Assembly (NCBI RefSeq): GCF_006345805.1
Contig: NC_043000.1
Location: 41,912,001 to 41,976,000 of the forward strand
Source of the DNA: Octopus sinensis
Taxonomy: Eukaryota
Direction of reading: 5' to 3'
Length of the DNA: 64,000 nt
Shown piece by piece: positions 27,127 through 40,031 of this stretch. The notes beneath the pieces are model-generated. The model was not told the origin of the DNA, did not search any database, and was given only the letters and a program-made list of their open reading frames with translations. Every line of letters starts with the position of its first letter. Position 1 is the first letter of the stretch. Position numbers and translations under genes: made by a program.

Positions 27127-27420
27127 ATTACTTAAAGCGATTGAGTGCATACAAATTAAAATTTGAATGCTTTAACATTTGTTAAACTCGTCCCTCTGGT
27201 GTTATCTTTTTTATGTGCTCATCGCCTAACACACACACACATACACACACAAACACACACAAATAGATAGATACACATCACACTCACACACAAACATATG
27301 TATGTGCATATACACGTATAGATGCACGCATATATGTAGACATATATGCATACATTACATACTCGTGTATATATGTGCGTGTGTGTTTACAGAGACACAC
27401 TCACACACACACACGCACAC

Positions 27421-27488
<68 letters not shown>

Positions 27489-28477
27489 CTTTAAACACAG
27501 ATATCAAAAGAAAACTATTGCGTACGTGAAAACATTTCAAGACTACAGTTTCATTTGTCTTATCTTCAGAATTGTAAAGAAAACTCCTGGATAAAAATAT
27601 ATTGCATACATAATGATTATGGGTTTAGACAATTGCATGAGTGAACAATATAAATAAAAATAAAGTAATAAATAGAAGAGAGGGAGAGATCTGTGATAGT
27701 TCACCATGACACTAATATCCCAGCCCGAATTATTGTAATAAAATATCATGTAACATGAATAGATGAAAATGTACCATGTTACAGTACGTAATATATATCA
27801 ATACATATCAAAATATTAGGACCTTTTTAATTTTTCTAACCACCGGAATTTTTTCAAATTTTCTATACTAATATAGTTTTTCGTCCATTGCAGACACGTG
27901 TCGGAAGTTGTGATTATCTGTTTCCATGGGACAACCTTAACATTATAACTCTCCTTCTTAATTCTGGTTCATCACTATCCAATTTTGTGTGAATGAGAAA
28001 TCAGAAGCACTATGGATGTTGATTAAAAGAAGATTTTATGTTAGGTATGTGCGAAGGTTACATAGTTTGTTAAAAGTATTTCATTAAATGTTTGCAAGTT
28101 TGAATTATTTTCATTGTCTTTCATTAAATTCTTTTCATTTAAGAAAGGTTAAAAAAAATGAAAATTCAAGAGTTTGTAATGTTTTCATTTCCTTAATGGG
28201 ATAACAACGATAATGCTAAAGCTGTTCCATGGAAAGGGAAAATTAGGACTTCCGGTATATCAGCAGTGGCCGCTTCCGGAAGGCTTGACGTTTTTTCATT
28301 ATATCATTTTCATTGTTAATTTCTAAAGAATTTCATCAACCTCCCAAACTACATTGGCGTAGATTATTTGAAAAGATGGCTATTCAAAATATTCTGAAAT
28401 TTTGGTTGTTGGAAAAATTTTATAAGTGCCAAATATAAATTTAATCATAAATATGATATATAGTAAATATATATATA

Positions 28478-28535
<58 letters not shown>

Positions 28536-28656
28536 TCAGTAAAAAACAATTAAGATTCAAGTGAGTTCCAATGAATTCACATGAATGCGGTACTTAACTT
28601 AGATGCACCAGAAAACTATATGGTATTAACCATAAAATAATGTGGGGTGATTATAA

Positions 28657-29741
28657 ACAAGAAAAAAGCAACAAGAATGGATTAGTTGTTCAGTACAATT
28701 GTTTCATACGAAGAACAGCTTTATTAAAAGCTGCAAATATTGCAGCAAATATAAGTGTCCCGTATTCATCAGCCAAAACACATATGAGTTTTCCAAACAT
28801 CCTAGGGGGTGAGGCTACACTCATGAAGTATCGAAGAGAGTTCTATAAAAAGCAAAGTTAGCTTGTAAGCAGACTTCAAAAGTTCTCTAATGATGCACAG
28901 TTTTATAAAAGGTTTTTAAAAAAGTTTGTTAGCTTCACAGAAAAGGTAAATACATCCATAATAATGCAGGTGTAATTTCCGGAGATATGAGGAAATATTT
29001 CATACTCAGAGACGATGAATTTATCCATAATAATGTAGAGGTAATTTCCTGATATATGAGAAGATGCTGATCACACTTCTGTTCATTTCACAAAACTACT
29101 ATGTTGAAAGAAGAGATTGTCTATATTGGGTAAAAGCAGTCTGTGAAGCAGAAACCAACCAAATAAGGGCAGTATGGGACAAAAGGGAGGGAGGGGTGTA
29201 AGTACACAACTTACAACGAATAGTTTATTTCTGTGATGACGGAAAATTTATGTCAGAGTTGCAGGAATCTGAAATTTATAAAAGAGAACATTACTTTTGA
29301 CCATCATACAGCTGTTAACTGCCACTCCTACAGAGTTAAAAGCAGGTATAAGAATATAAAGAGAACAAAAGAAAGTATCAAAGGGGTCAAAGGCTATCAG
29401 TAGAGGAAAATACATTAAGAGATTTAAGTGCAATACTAGAACAGGAGGTTATTTATTTATTTATAATTGTTACTATTTATACAAATGTTTATACATTTTA
29501 AGACAGACTTTAGGTCTATACCTAGAGGTCAATTAATTTCTATAGTAAAAGGTGTGAGAGTATTGTTTATTCAAAATATAGTGAAAATCATAGTGAAAAT
29601 TCCTTATGTTATTATTATGGGCGTAGCATTACTTATTAAACTTAGAATAGAATTAGGAAGTATTAGCAATTTATTTGATTTAAGTTGGGTTATGAAACAA
29701 TTGTACTGAACAACTAATCCATTCTTGTTGCTTTTTTCTTG

Positions 29742-29742
<1 letters not shown>
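28657..29742. other. Segment bounded by a perfect 52-bp inverted repeat
   Basis: ACAAGAAAAAAGCAACAAGAATGGATTAGTTGTTCAGTACAATTGTTTCATA at 28657-28708; its exact reverse complement at 29691-29742. Confidence 0.9.
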
Positions 29743-29811
<69 letters not shown>

Positions 29812-29989
29812 AGCGCGTCTCCAAACAATTTTGGGGCCTATTTGAAAACATGGATTTTGGTCTATGAGAAAGCATGAGATAAAAACAGGACATAAAACGC
29901 AAATAAGGTTAATGCAAACAGTAGAATGAAAAGAAAAAAGTAAGAAAAATCATAATTAATCCAGCTAGCGTGGAATAATATAACGAAGA

Positions 29990-30270
29990 GGAGGCCAATA
30001 TCTGTGAGAAGTTGGTGTCCTCCATTTTGACAAAAGGAACTTGTCCATGTGTATGCATCTGCTGAGAATTCTGGATCTGGAGTAGAGTAGTGTGGTGGGA
30101 TTCTTGGATATAAAAATAATGCGTGCTCTTTCAGCTACGTATAACTTACATCTCTTTGGCGTATTTATATATGAAGTAAGTTTCTTCACGATTCTCCACT
30201 TGGTTGTATGTGGTGAGCAGTTGACCTTCAGGTCCTATACATGGCTAGCCAGATTAGTGGTTTTATTTTA
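29990..30270 (-). pseudogene. Penelope-like element, C-terminal GIY-YIG-region remnant
   Basis: NLASHV*DLK..TTKWRIVKK..SYINTPKRCKLYVAER..LLYSRSRILSRCIHMDKFLL resembles the PLE C-terminal pattern (LSKHIWxLK..KW..Y..RCxLCxxEK..LLNxRSE..CxHxxKFLL). Confidence 0.7.
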
Positions 30271-30285
30271 ATCTACATATGTATT

Positions 30286-30326
<41 letters not shown>

Positions 30327-30506
30327 GATAGATAGATAGATAATAGATAGATAGATAGATAGATAATTATAATATGATATGATACAGTATAGTCAAATAT
30401 TTTAGAACATATATTTCTTTAAAAAAAAACAAGAATATATTCCGCAGTGAGCTCAATGAGGTTACTATATATATATATATATAATATATATATATATATA
30501 ATATAT

Positions 30507-30551
<45 letters not shown>

Positions 30552-30789
30552 ATATATATGTATGTATGTATGTATGTATATATATATATGTATGTATATA
30601 TGTATGTATGTATTTATGTATGTATGTATGATGTCTATGATAATGCTGATGATGATGACGACGACGACGGTCACTCCCTTTGAAAGATAAAAGAAGCTGC
30701 ATCTGTCTGCGATGGATGCGTGAATGTAATTTGAATCCATGTATGGATTTTGCCACAAAATCAGAACGGGAACAATGATGAATTCAATT

Positions 30790-31720
30790 TTTTTTCTGGA
30801 TTTGGACAAATGTGCGTGTTCGCTGCAGGATATATTGTGTTATTGTTCCGTTTCTTCAACTCAAATTGCTTAGATGCATCATGTCGCATTTTGTGCCACT
30901 CAGATTGATCTAAGCAATAACTTTCCCAAGATGTTTAATTGAGCTATAGGGGTTTTAATGATTGTTTCAACTTATCCTTATACTTATACTTAAGGATACG
31001 TCTTCCTTTACCGTGGAATCCTTCTACTTGTTGACCATACAAAAAAATTTTCGGAATGCGATTATCTTGTGTTCGAACATTTACTTCCTATCTTCAATGA
31101 ATTCTCAACAGTATGTTTCCAATATTGGAGATATAACATTTTGCTAAAATTTTGGCATTTGATATCTTATCTTGCCATTTAATGTTGCAGATATTATGTA
31201 GACAACACATGGCGTCCATGCTTCTGCTTCATACAAAATTGTACTCAAAATACAAGATGTGTAGCCTTAGATTCATCAAAAGTTCTCTTAAAGTTTATTC
31301 TACTTCCAAGATATTTAAATGACCTGATCCATCTGAGTGGTTTACTGTGAGAGTTCCTTTTCTTACCCTGTATCCATATCAGATAAGCAATGTTACACCA
31401 AAATAGGACTGCTTGTCACACAAAGGGGCATACAAGTTTTGCGGTTGCCTTCGGATTCTACAACAACATGTCTATCACTCTCCTTGCTGTCTCTGAGTGA
31501 GACACTGACTAGAAACTTCCAGGAACATCCTTTGCCTGTTCGCGTCGCCATAGCCCTTCAACATAAAACATTCAATTCACCTTCAAATACCTCCACGACG
31601 AATTTGTTTTAATGGTAAGGGCTTGTGTCACACATTACACTCTCTCGTTCAAAATGCGTAGACTCTGGTGCATAGTAATGCCATATGAGCTAAAGGCTTT
31701 TTGGATGCAGGGCCGGTCAG
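30790..31720 (-). pseudogene. Degraded RTE-clade LINE, RT C-terminal half
   Basis: Remnants FKYLGS (~31310), ILYEAEAWT, and LYGQQVEG..KGRR..YKDKLKQSLK..SWE..LDQSEW..FE, typical of RTE ORF ends. Confidence 0.75.
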
Positions 31721-31772
31721 TCGGGAGCGCCCGAGTTGGAATTTGTTCAGGCTTTAATAACAGATGAAGCCC

Positions 31773-31822
<50 letters not shown>

Positions 31823-32390
31823 ATCTTGTGGACAGAAAATAGACTAAGCAGAAGAGGAGGATATGCATAGATAGAAGAATCACTGACGAGGTCACAGATG
31901 TGTGACGAAAGATTTACTGACATTGGACATGGACATAATATAAGATAAGAACAATAATAAACGAGTGAAGAACAAATATATAGTGCAAGAAAAACTGACA
32001 ATTCCGAAATATAACAATATATATATATTATATAAATACTCATACATCCATATACATATATATATCAAAACACCTTCGTTTGAGGTAGCTTTTACGCCGT
32101 ATCGTATTTTTAAAATAACTGACGCAAATATAATGTACATATTTATATCATTTATTCTCACTTTCCAAACATTGTCCAGTGGAGATGCGTATCAAAGCTG
32201 CTTATGTTTATATTCCTTATCTTGTTATCAAATATCTCTTTGTTGCTTATCTATTCATTGCCTTTGTGTTTTCAAATGTCACGTTTCTAACAATATTTTC
32301 CTCGGAACATAATCAAGGAGATAATCTAAGATTTAATCCAAATATTTGACATGATAAAACATGTTAAGAACTGTCAATTTAGATATCAAA

Positions 32391-33191
32391 TCTCTCTCTA
32401 TATAAACGGCAGTTTGTCTGTCTGTGTGTCTGTGTGTCTGTCAGGTTGTACCCTCATCCTGACCACGGCTTTCAACCGATTCTGATGAAACTTGACACAC
32501 ACATAGCCTAATGTCATAATTCAAAACTAACGCAGCGAAAATTTTGAAAAGTTCCACCAGTTCTGAAAACAATCGATAAATTCGACATGGGGTCGAGAAT
32601 CTAAGCTTTTTATATGCAACACATTTTCTGTTGTAGTTTTCGCAACTTGCAATCGATTTTCACCAAACTCATGGTGAAGCTTAATGTTACCCTAAGAAAC
32701 TTAATTCTGACGTTAGTTTTCCATGCAATACCTTACCATTAGAAAAAATCGATAAAATCATGCCAATTTGGGAAATCGCGTTCAAATTCAAGATGACATA
32801 TTTTCGACAATATCCTTCACAAATTGGCAGGAATTTTTTTTTTAATTCACAGCGAGCATCATGTCTGCTCCAAGAAGCTATAGTGCCCTTGTTATTCCAA
32901 TAGGATACTTTATTACTGGAAAAAATCGGTTAATTAAATCCTATGTGGCACACATAGCAAACCGATTTGTGTATTAAACACAAACCACAGACTGTCTAGG
33001 GGACGCAACTCGACCTTTTTATCGCCCAAAGGGACAGCTAGGAATATCGTATACACAGAATTATTCGAGTGAAGAGAAGACATTGCAACCTACACATGCG
33101 CCTTCGTTCCCTAGAGGGAATGGACTAGATTGGGATTAGTCGTTGCCTAGGGGCTCTTACATACCCGGGCAACGCCGGGCTATGCTGCTAG
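32391..33191 (+). mobile_element. Complete non-autonomous Helitron
   Basis: Inserted A|TC...CTAG|T, subterminal hairpin CCCGGGCAACGCCGGG (33164-33179), (TCTG/TG)n near the 5' end, no TSD. Confidence 0.85.
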
Positions 33192-34039
33192 TTAGAAATA
33201 ATGGCATTCACAAAACGTACAGTTTCCCTGGTTTGTGCAGCACTGTAATATTCTGCCAAGATCTATATATATGTAACATTTCAACAATGGAGCAAAATCT
33301 AAATACTATTCATAAGGCAATTGACTAACAGATATGACAGAATCAAAGACAAACTCTGCCTATGACATTTATACAATTATATTATTCTGAATACTGAGCG
33401 TGATTAATTGGTGAACAGGTAGATTTGTTAGATTATTGGATACAATAACCTAATGTATTTGTTCTCGCTCTCTTCAGGCTCAGGCCAAATCCTGTGGAGT
33501 TCAGCTTTGGTTTTTATCCCTCTGGTATCAGTACAAAATATTATCTATTCTGAGTGCTAGATTGATATAACTGTAAGAATGTTGGACAAGGTGGCTTGCG
33601 GTACCTGCTCCAGTTCTTAGAAATCTGGCATATTGATACCATGCTGCAATGACTTTAAAACGACACTTTCCCCTCTCAGACAACTTTGGTGGCGCTCGCA
33701 GAAGAGACTTGTTCAAACCTTCTTTTTCAGAAGCAGACAAATGGATAACACTGAATGATGGAGGGCCCCTAGAAGTGTATATATATATATATATATATAT
33801 ATACTTGGTCACATATACACACACAAAATATATGAATACACACATATACATCCATCCATCCATACATACATACATACATAGATACATACATACGCACGTA
33901 CATACGCACGTACATACGTACGTACATGCATACATATAATTTTTTTCTAAAAATGTATGCACTAATTGAATTATTATAAATTCTTTGTTTACTAAAATAC
34001 ATTTCATTTTTAAAAGATAATATAATCTGTAAGCAGAGT

Positions 34040-34735
34040 TTAATTTTTTTGTGTATGACTATTTTCAAACATTTTTGTGAATGCCTGTTTTCAAACTGAT
34101 AGCCGTTCTCATCCTAGCACTGCTAATAACGCGAAGCAGTGGAATATAAACATCAAGAAGCATTTCGTTTGATATTTGTGCGCATTCTCATTCAGTGGCT
34201 ACCCTAAGTTTGCCGACTGTTTTCAGATTTGTGCCATAAGCTTTGCTTTTCATGCATCTCCAAAAAAATACTAGTGGAATGAGGTCTGGTGAACGCAGAA
34301 GGTACCACTGAACCTCTTTGTCCAATCCACCTATCTGGCAAAATCTCGCCACGGTGAGCACTATAGTAGAGTGGTGGTGCCCCAACATGCTGGAAATAAA
34401 ACTTCACATCTTCAAAATTCCCTTACGTGCTTGGTATGGCATATTGTCACAGAAAGTTCAAGGAAATAGGACTAGTCCTAGCAATGTCAAAAAAACGTGG
34501 CTGATTTAATCCTTTCGATGATAAGTCACGCCATACTGTAACTCCTAATAACAGTATGGCGTTAACACGATATTCCTCGGTAATATGCAGATTTTCAGGT
34601 CCTACAGTAGGTGCAATTACAGCGGTTAACTGAGCCATTTAATTTAAATGTAGCTGTATCATACCACGCAACTTTTGTTGGAAAGTGTATAACTTCGACA
34701 TACCTTATTAATTATCACTCGCAAAACTTCACCCT
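34040..34735 (-). pseudogene. Tc1/mariner-superfamily transposase remnant (maT/rosa-like C-terminus)
   Basis: Frames give GVTVW..LSSKGL..FFD, FQHVGAPP, RWIGQRG, RSPDLIPL.FFW..MKSKAY. Confidence 0.75.
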
Positions 34736-34855
34736 TTGGCCCAGATCACCTTCACTGACTATACTTGGAATATACTTGTAACTGTGGAATATACGCTTGA
34801 ATGCCGGCTCGAATGCCTTGTGTTATCCCTCAGCAGTTCCGTGTCCGATAAGGTC

Positions 34856-34931
34856 TTCTTCTTCTTCTTCTTCTTCTTCTTCTTCTTCTTCTTCTTCTTC
34901 TTCTTCTTCTTCTTCTTCTTCTTCTTCTTCT

Positions 34932-34935
<4 letters not shown>
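34856..34935. repeat. (TTC)n microsatellite followed by (TC)n and (TA)n
   Basis: Direct reading. Confidence 0.95.
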
Positions 34936-34969
<34 letters not shown>

Positions 34970-34994
34970 ATATATATATATATGTAAATAATAT

Positions 34995-35263
34995 ATTCTC
35001 TTTTACTCTTACTTGTTTCAGTCATTTTATGCCATGCTGGAGCACCGCCTTTAGTCGAGCAAATTGACCCCAGGACTTATTCTTTGTAAGCCTAGTACAC
35101 ACACAGACATATATACATATACATATATACGACGGGCTTCTTTCAGTTTCTGTCTACCAAATTCACTCACAAGGCTTGGTCGGCTCGAGGCTATAGTAGA
35201 AGACACTTGCCCAAGGTGCAACGCAGTGGGACTGAACCCGGAACCATGTGGTTGGTAAGCAAG
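34995..35263 (-). mobile_element. SINE family A with internal deletion
   Basis: Tail CTCTTTTACTCTTACTTGTTTCAGTCA and head CACTTGCCCAAGG..GGACTGAACC are present; middle part missing. Confidence 0.85.
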
Positions 35264-35565
35264 ATATCGCTTTTATATTTTAGCAAAGTTATTTGCATCT
35301 TTACGCTTGCTTTCTTTTCATTTGCTACAATCATTGTAACATATCTAATGCCATGATACAAGAAATCTTAATGAAAATTAAGTCCTAGTGAAATGCAACG
35401 CATTAGCCAAGTATACAACCGTTATCTAAATTGATTACTTGATTACTGCGGGTACAAAACAGGAGAGAGACAACTAATTAAAATTCACTAAACATATAAG
35501 TACTGGGATGCTAATATGTGTCAGTGGGGGAATAAATTTAGATAAATCTCGATTTTAATATTAAA

Positions 35566-36198
35566 CTAGCAGTATCGCCCAGCGTTGCTCGGGTTTGTAA
35601 GGGAAAGAACTATATAAGCATTTTTAGAGAGTTATAGCCAAAAAATAGCAAAAAATGCATTAAAAATGGAAAAAATATGATGGTAAATTTTTTTTTAAAT
35701 CGTTGACTCATCGTAAACATTTTTAGAGAGTTACTTCCCTTATATAATAGCGAAAAAATGCATTAAAATGGAAAAAAAAACGATGGTAAATTTTTTTTTA
35801 AATCGTAGACTCATGTAGACGCTTTCTTAGCCATTTCTGTTTTGGTGTCTTCAAGCCATGAAGTCGTTGTTCTAAAAGAACACTGGTCTCCTTGACAACG
35901 CATTACGACGTTGATTTCCTTACACTCCTTCCCCACAGGTGCAGGTGTGAGCGTGGACGCCAACTCCGCCGCCATCGACACACGAAAAAATGCATTAAAA
36001 TGGAAAAAATATGATGGTAAATTTTTTTTTAAATCGTAGAGTCATCGTAGACGCGCGCTAATATTCAGACGGGCTCGATATGAATCACGACTATAAGCTA
36101 CCCGAATTTGGTTAAACTGTACCGCAAAATGTGGGAGTAGTAGGAATCTAAATCGAAGGGGACAGACACTCACACAACTACAGTTTTATATATATAGA
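35566..36198 (-). mobile_element. Complete non-autonomous Helitron, family Y
   Basis: Minus strand A|TCTATATATATAAAAC...CCCGAGCAACGCTGGG hairpin...CTAG|T; three internal copies of an AAAAAATGCATTAAAATGG..AAATCGTAGACTCATCG unit. Confidence 0.85.
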
Positions 36199-36209
36199 TA
36201 TACATAGCG

Positions 36210-36580
36210 CAGTAGTGGTGAGATATGACAGCAAAGAAAAGCATACATTCACTCTCTGCATTCAATTAGACTCGGAAAGTTCGTGAGGAACCCATTGACC
36301 CAATTTGCTGACTTTTCCGATAGCACACAGGTGTCAATGAATGGTTGAATGACCAAATCCAAGCTTCTCTGCTAGTTCCTCAACAGTTACGATGATATTT
36401 TGTTCCACCAGGGTTTTCAGGATGTCCTTGTCGAGTTCTACAGATCTTTCAGGATGAGGCTCGTCTTCTAGGCTGTAGTTTATGGCTCGGGATTTCTGGA
36501 ACCACCATTGACACTGCCTTACGCTTATTGTCCAATCCCCATATACTGCATTAATATTTCTTGTACTTGCACACATTTAT
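36210..36580 (-). pseudogene. Mariner transposase N-terminal fragment
   Basis: STRNINAVYG..QCQWWFQK..YSLEDEPH..VEELAEKLG..H*HL..GKVSKLGQWVPHELSESN; same subfamily as 56690-57718. Confidence 0.9.
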
Positions 36581-37117
36581 ATTCTGTTATTCTTTTATAT
36601 GTTTCAGCCTTGAGGTTGTGGCCATGCTGGATCATGTGTGTGTGTGTGTGTGTGTGTGTCTATCTGTCTGTCTGTCTGTATGTATATATGTATATGTATG
36701 TGTGTGAACAATAATATTTTCAACAGATGTGTTGCAAATGTATCTGATTGTTCTCAAGCTTCAATACTGTGTGTGTGTGTATGTGTGTGTGTGTATGTAT
36801 GTATGTATATGTATGTATGTATGTATATGTATGTATGTATGTATGTGTGTATGTATGTATGTGTGTGTGTATGTGTGTGTGTATGTGTGTGTGTATGTAT
36901 GTATGTATGTATGTATGTATGTATGTATGTATGTATGTATGTATGTATGTATGTATGAGTGTATGTTTACTTTATTACTAATTACTCTCTTCCAAGAACA
37001 TTTTCACTCACTCTTAGCTCTTAGCTTCCCATACATTTTACTCATGTATCTATCAGCGTCATAGACAGAATACTTTCACTTTAGTCTTCCTCAAATCACT
37101 CTGTCGCTATTTACTTT

Positions 37118-37380
37118 CATTTTATTCGTTGCCCATTGTGTGTGTGCTTTTGCGTGTGGTGTAAACCAGACTAAGAAAAGCATTTGACACACACACCAGA
37201 ATGTGAGTTTTCTGTAAATTTTGCTTAATTGGAGTTTAAATTTTAAAAACTGGACCTGGCATGACGCGATGCATTGTACTCTCAAAAATGCTAGGTAAAT
37301 TGTAATTGAAGAAATCCTATATTGTAGATTTGTATAACTCCCAAAGGGAGGCAGATGAAATCTGCCTTTTATAATAAGAG
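37118..37380 (-). mobile_element. Helitron-like 5' end, family X
   Basis: Reverse complement of 40032-40290; begins A|TCTCTTATTATAAAAGGCAG, like the Helitron head at 32391. Confidence 0.7.
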
Positions 37381-37515
37381 ATAAACAAGTGACAACTCTT
37401 CTACTTTTTTTTTCATGCAGCACACATTGCAGGGTTAATTTTCCCAAGGCATTCAACACCCTATTTTCATCAGACACGATAATAAAATATTTTCTCATGT
37501 CATTCTGAGATATCG

Positions 37516-37552
37516 CAGATGAAGTCTAAAGCACTGAAACATGTCAGGCTGC
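37516..37552 (+). ncRNA. Decayed minimal type I hammerhead-like motif
   Basis: CAGATGA-AGT(ctaaagc)ACT-GAAACATGT-C; palindromic stem III, GUC cleavage triplet, core U4 mutated. Confidence 0.45.
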
Positions 37553-37790
37553 ATTCTTCTAATTTTAGTTTTATTAAACTTTAATTTCCTTCAATTAAAT
37601 GTTCTTGGCTCATAATATTTATTGTGTTAACACCGACTTCAGTATATATATGTCTGCTTATATGTCTATGTATACGTGTGTGTGTATACATGCATACATA
37701 TATATACATATGTATATATATATATTATATATATATATATATATATAGATATATATATATATATAGATATATATATAATATATATATATA

Positions 37791-38705
37791 TTCTCTTTTA
37801 CTCTTTTACTTGTTTCTGTCATTTGACTGTGGCCATGCGGGCGCACCGCCTTTTTAGTCGAGCAAAACGACCCCAGGTTTTATGCTTTGTAAGCCTAGTA
37901 CTTATTTTATCGGTCTCTTTTGCCGACCGCTAAGTTACGGCGACCGTAAACACACCAGTATCGGATGTCAAGCGATGCTGGGGGGACAGACACAGACATA
38001 CAAACATAACACACACATACATATATATATATATACATATATACGACAGGCTTCTTTCAGTTTCAATCAAATCCACTCATAGGGCTTTGGTTGCCTGAGG
38101 CTATAGTAGAAGGCACTTGCCCAAGGTGCCACATAGTGGGACTGAACCCGGAACCATGTGGTTGGTAAGCAAGCTACTTACCCCACAGCCATCCCACGTC
38201 TATATATACACAATATATATATACACACACACAATATATAATATATATATTATATATATATATATATATATAGATATATATATTATATATATATTCTCTT
38301 TTACTCTTTTACTTGTTTCTGTCATTTGACTGTGGCCATGCGGGCGCACCGCCTTTTTAGTCGAGCAAAACGACCCCAGGTTTTATGCTTTGTAAGCCTA
38401 GTACTTATTTTATCGGTCTCTTTTGCCGAACCGCTAAGTTACGGCGACGTAAACACACCAGTATCGGATGTCAAGCGATGCTGGGGGGACAGACACAGAC
38501 ATACAAACATAACACACACATACATATATATATATATACATATATACGACAGGCTTCTTTCAGTTTCAATCAAATCCACTCATAGGGCTTTGGTTGGCCT
38601 GAGGCTATAGTAGAAGGCACTTGCCCAAGGTGCCACATAGTGGGACTGAACCCGGAACCATGTGGTTGGTAAGCAAGCTACTTACCCCACAGCCAATCCC
38701 ACGTC
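37791..38705 (-). mobile_element. Tandem duplication of a SINE family A copy (37791-38200, 38294-38705; period ~503 bp)
   Basis: Both copies share private variants (GCGGGCGCACC, GAGCAAAACGACC) and the flanking TA/CA tract. Confidence 0.95.
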
Positions 38706-38735
38706 TATATATACACAATATATATATACACACAC

Positions 38736-38780
<45 letters not shown>

Positions 38781-39744
38781 TATATATAATATATAATATA
38801 TATATATGTATATATATATATACACACACACACAAAATAAGTAGACTCAACAAAAAGTACGCCATCCAGCGGGAGGTACATATCAATTTAATACACATAC
38901 CTAAAGAGTTACTAATAATTTAATGACTTTATGATAATTTAAATTGGTATATTTATAAAATACGCCATATATCACCAAGTAATTTTTCAGGTTCTGCTTA
39001 TGCGTTAAAATATATTCTATAAACTAGGACGCCATATGTTAATGGATCTAAGGAAAGTCAACTTATACGTAGCAGAAAGATCTCATATTTTCCTTAGATC
39101 AAAGAATCCCCCCACACTGCTTTATTGCAGATCTGAAATTTTTAGCTGATGCACACACGTGGACAGGTTTCTGTTGCAATCCTTTTATTGTTGGATTGTT
39201 ATAACGCGCACTTTGGTATAGAATATACTTAGTCAAAGCTTTAAAGACACGGCTATCTCTGACCACCTTCAACGTAGTCTGGTACATCACGTACTTCTCC
39301 TTACTTATAGTGACTAGGTTATTCCATTCGTCGCGTGGGAGGCGTGTATACCATTATTACTAATTCCCTACAACAGTTTCTATTCTCATACTGGAGGACA
39401 CGATCTGCTCCGGACTGAATTGTTCTCTCGCAGACTTTGACATATTTTCTGTTATTTTGTTTTATACCAGCATTAATTATTGTTTCTTCAATCTGGGAGG
39501 AAGGGTATTTTCGGGTTTGTTGCTTTCATTTTTTCTCGTTCTATTTTTTGCATCAATATTCTTCGCGTTTTCTTCTCATTTTTTACTTATTTTCTCACTG
39601 TCCAGTGTCCTAGTTTTTAAAATATATCTAACACATAAATAAGGCGTGAAAGATTACTTGGAGATACACAGCATATTTTATAATATGCCTATTTAAAGTA
39701 TCATAAGAGCATGAAACTATTAGTTGCCCTTTCAGTATGTGTAT

Positions 39745-39830
<86 letters not shown>

Positions 39831-39880
39831 TAGATAGATAGATAGATAGAGATATATACATGCATATATATGTATGTATG

Positions 39881-39954
<74 letters not shown>

Positions 39955-40031
39955 TATATGTCTGTGTGTGTATACGTGTGTTTATGTATACACATACAGA
40001 TATATAAAAAACACGTGTATATATATATATA

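Noticed and set aside
32478-32500. Exact CTGATGA
   Set aside because: Part of the Helitron interior (CCGATTCTGATGAAACTT); no hammerhead helices. The same applies near 63116.
33455-33570. Strong-looking splice acceptor TTCTCGCTCTCTTCAG and possible small exon
   Set aside because: No convincing donor, recognisable peptide or partner exons.
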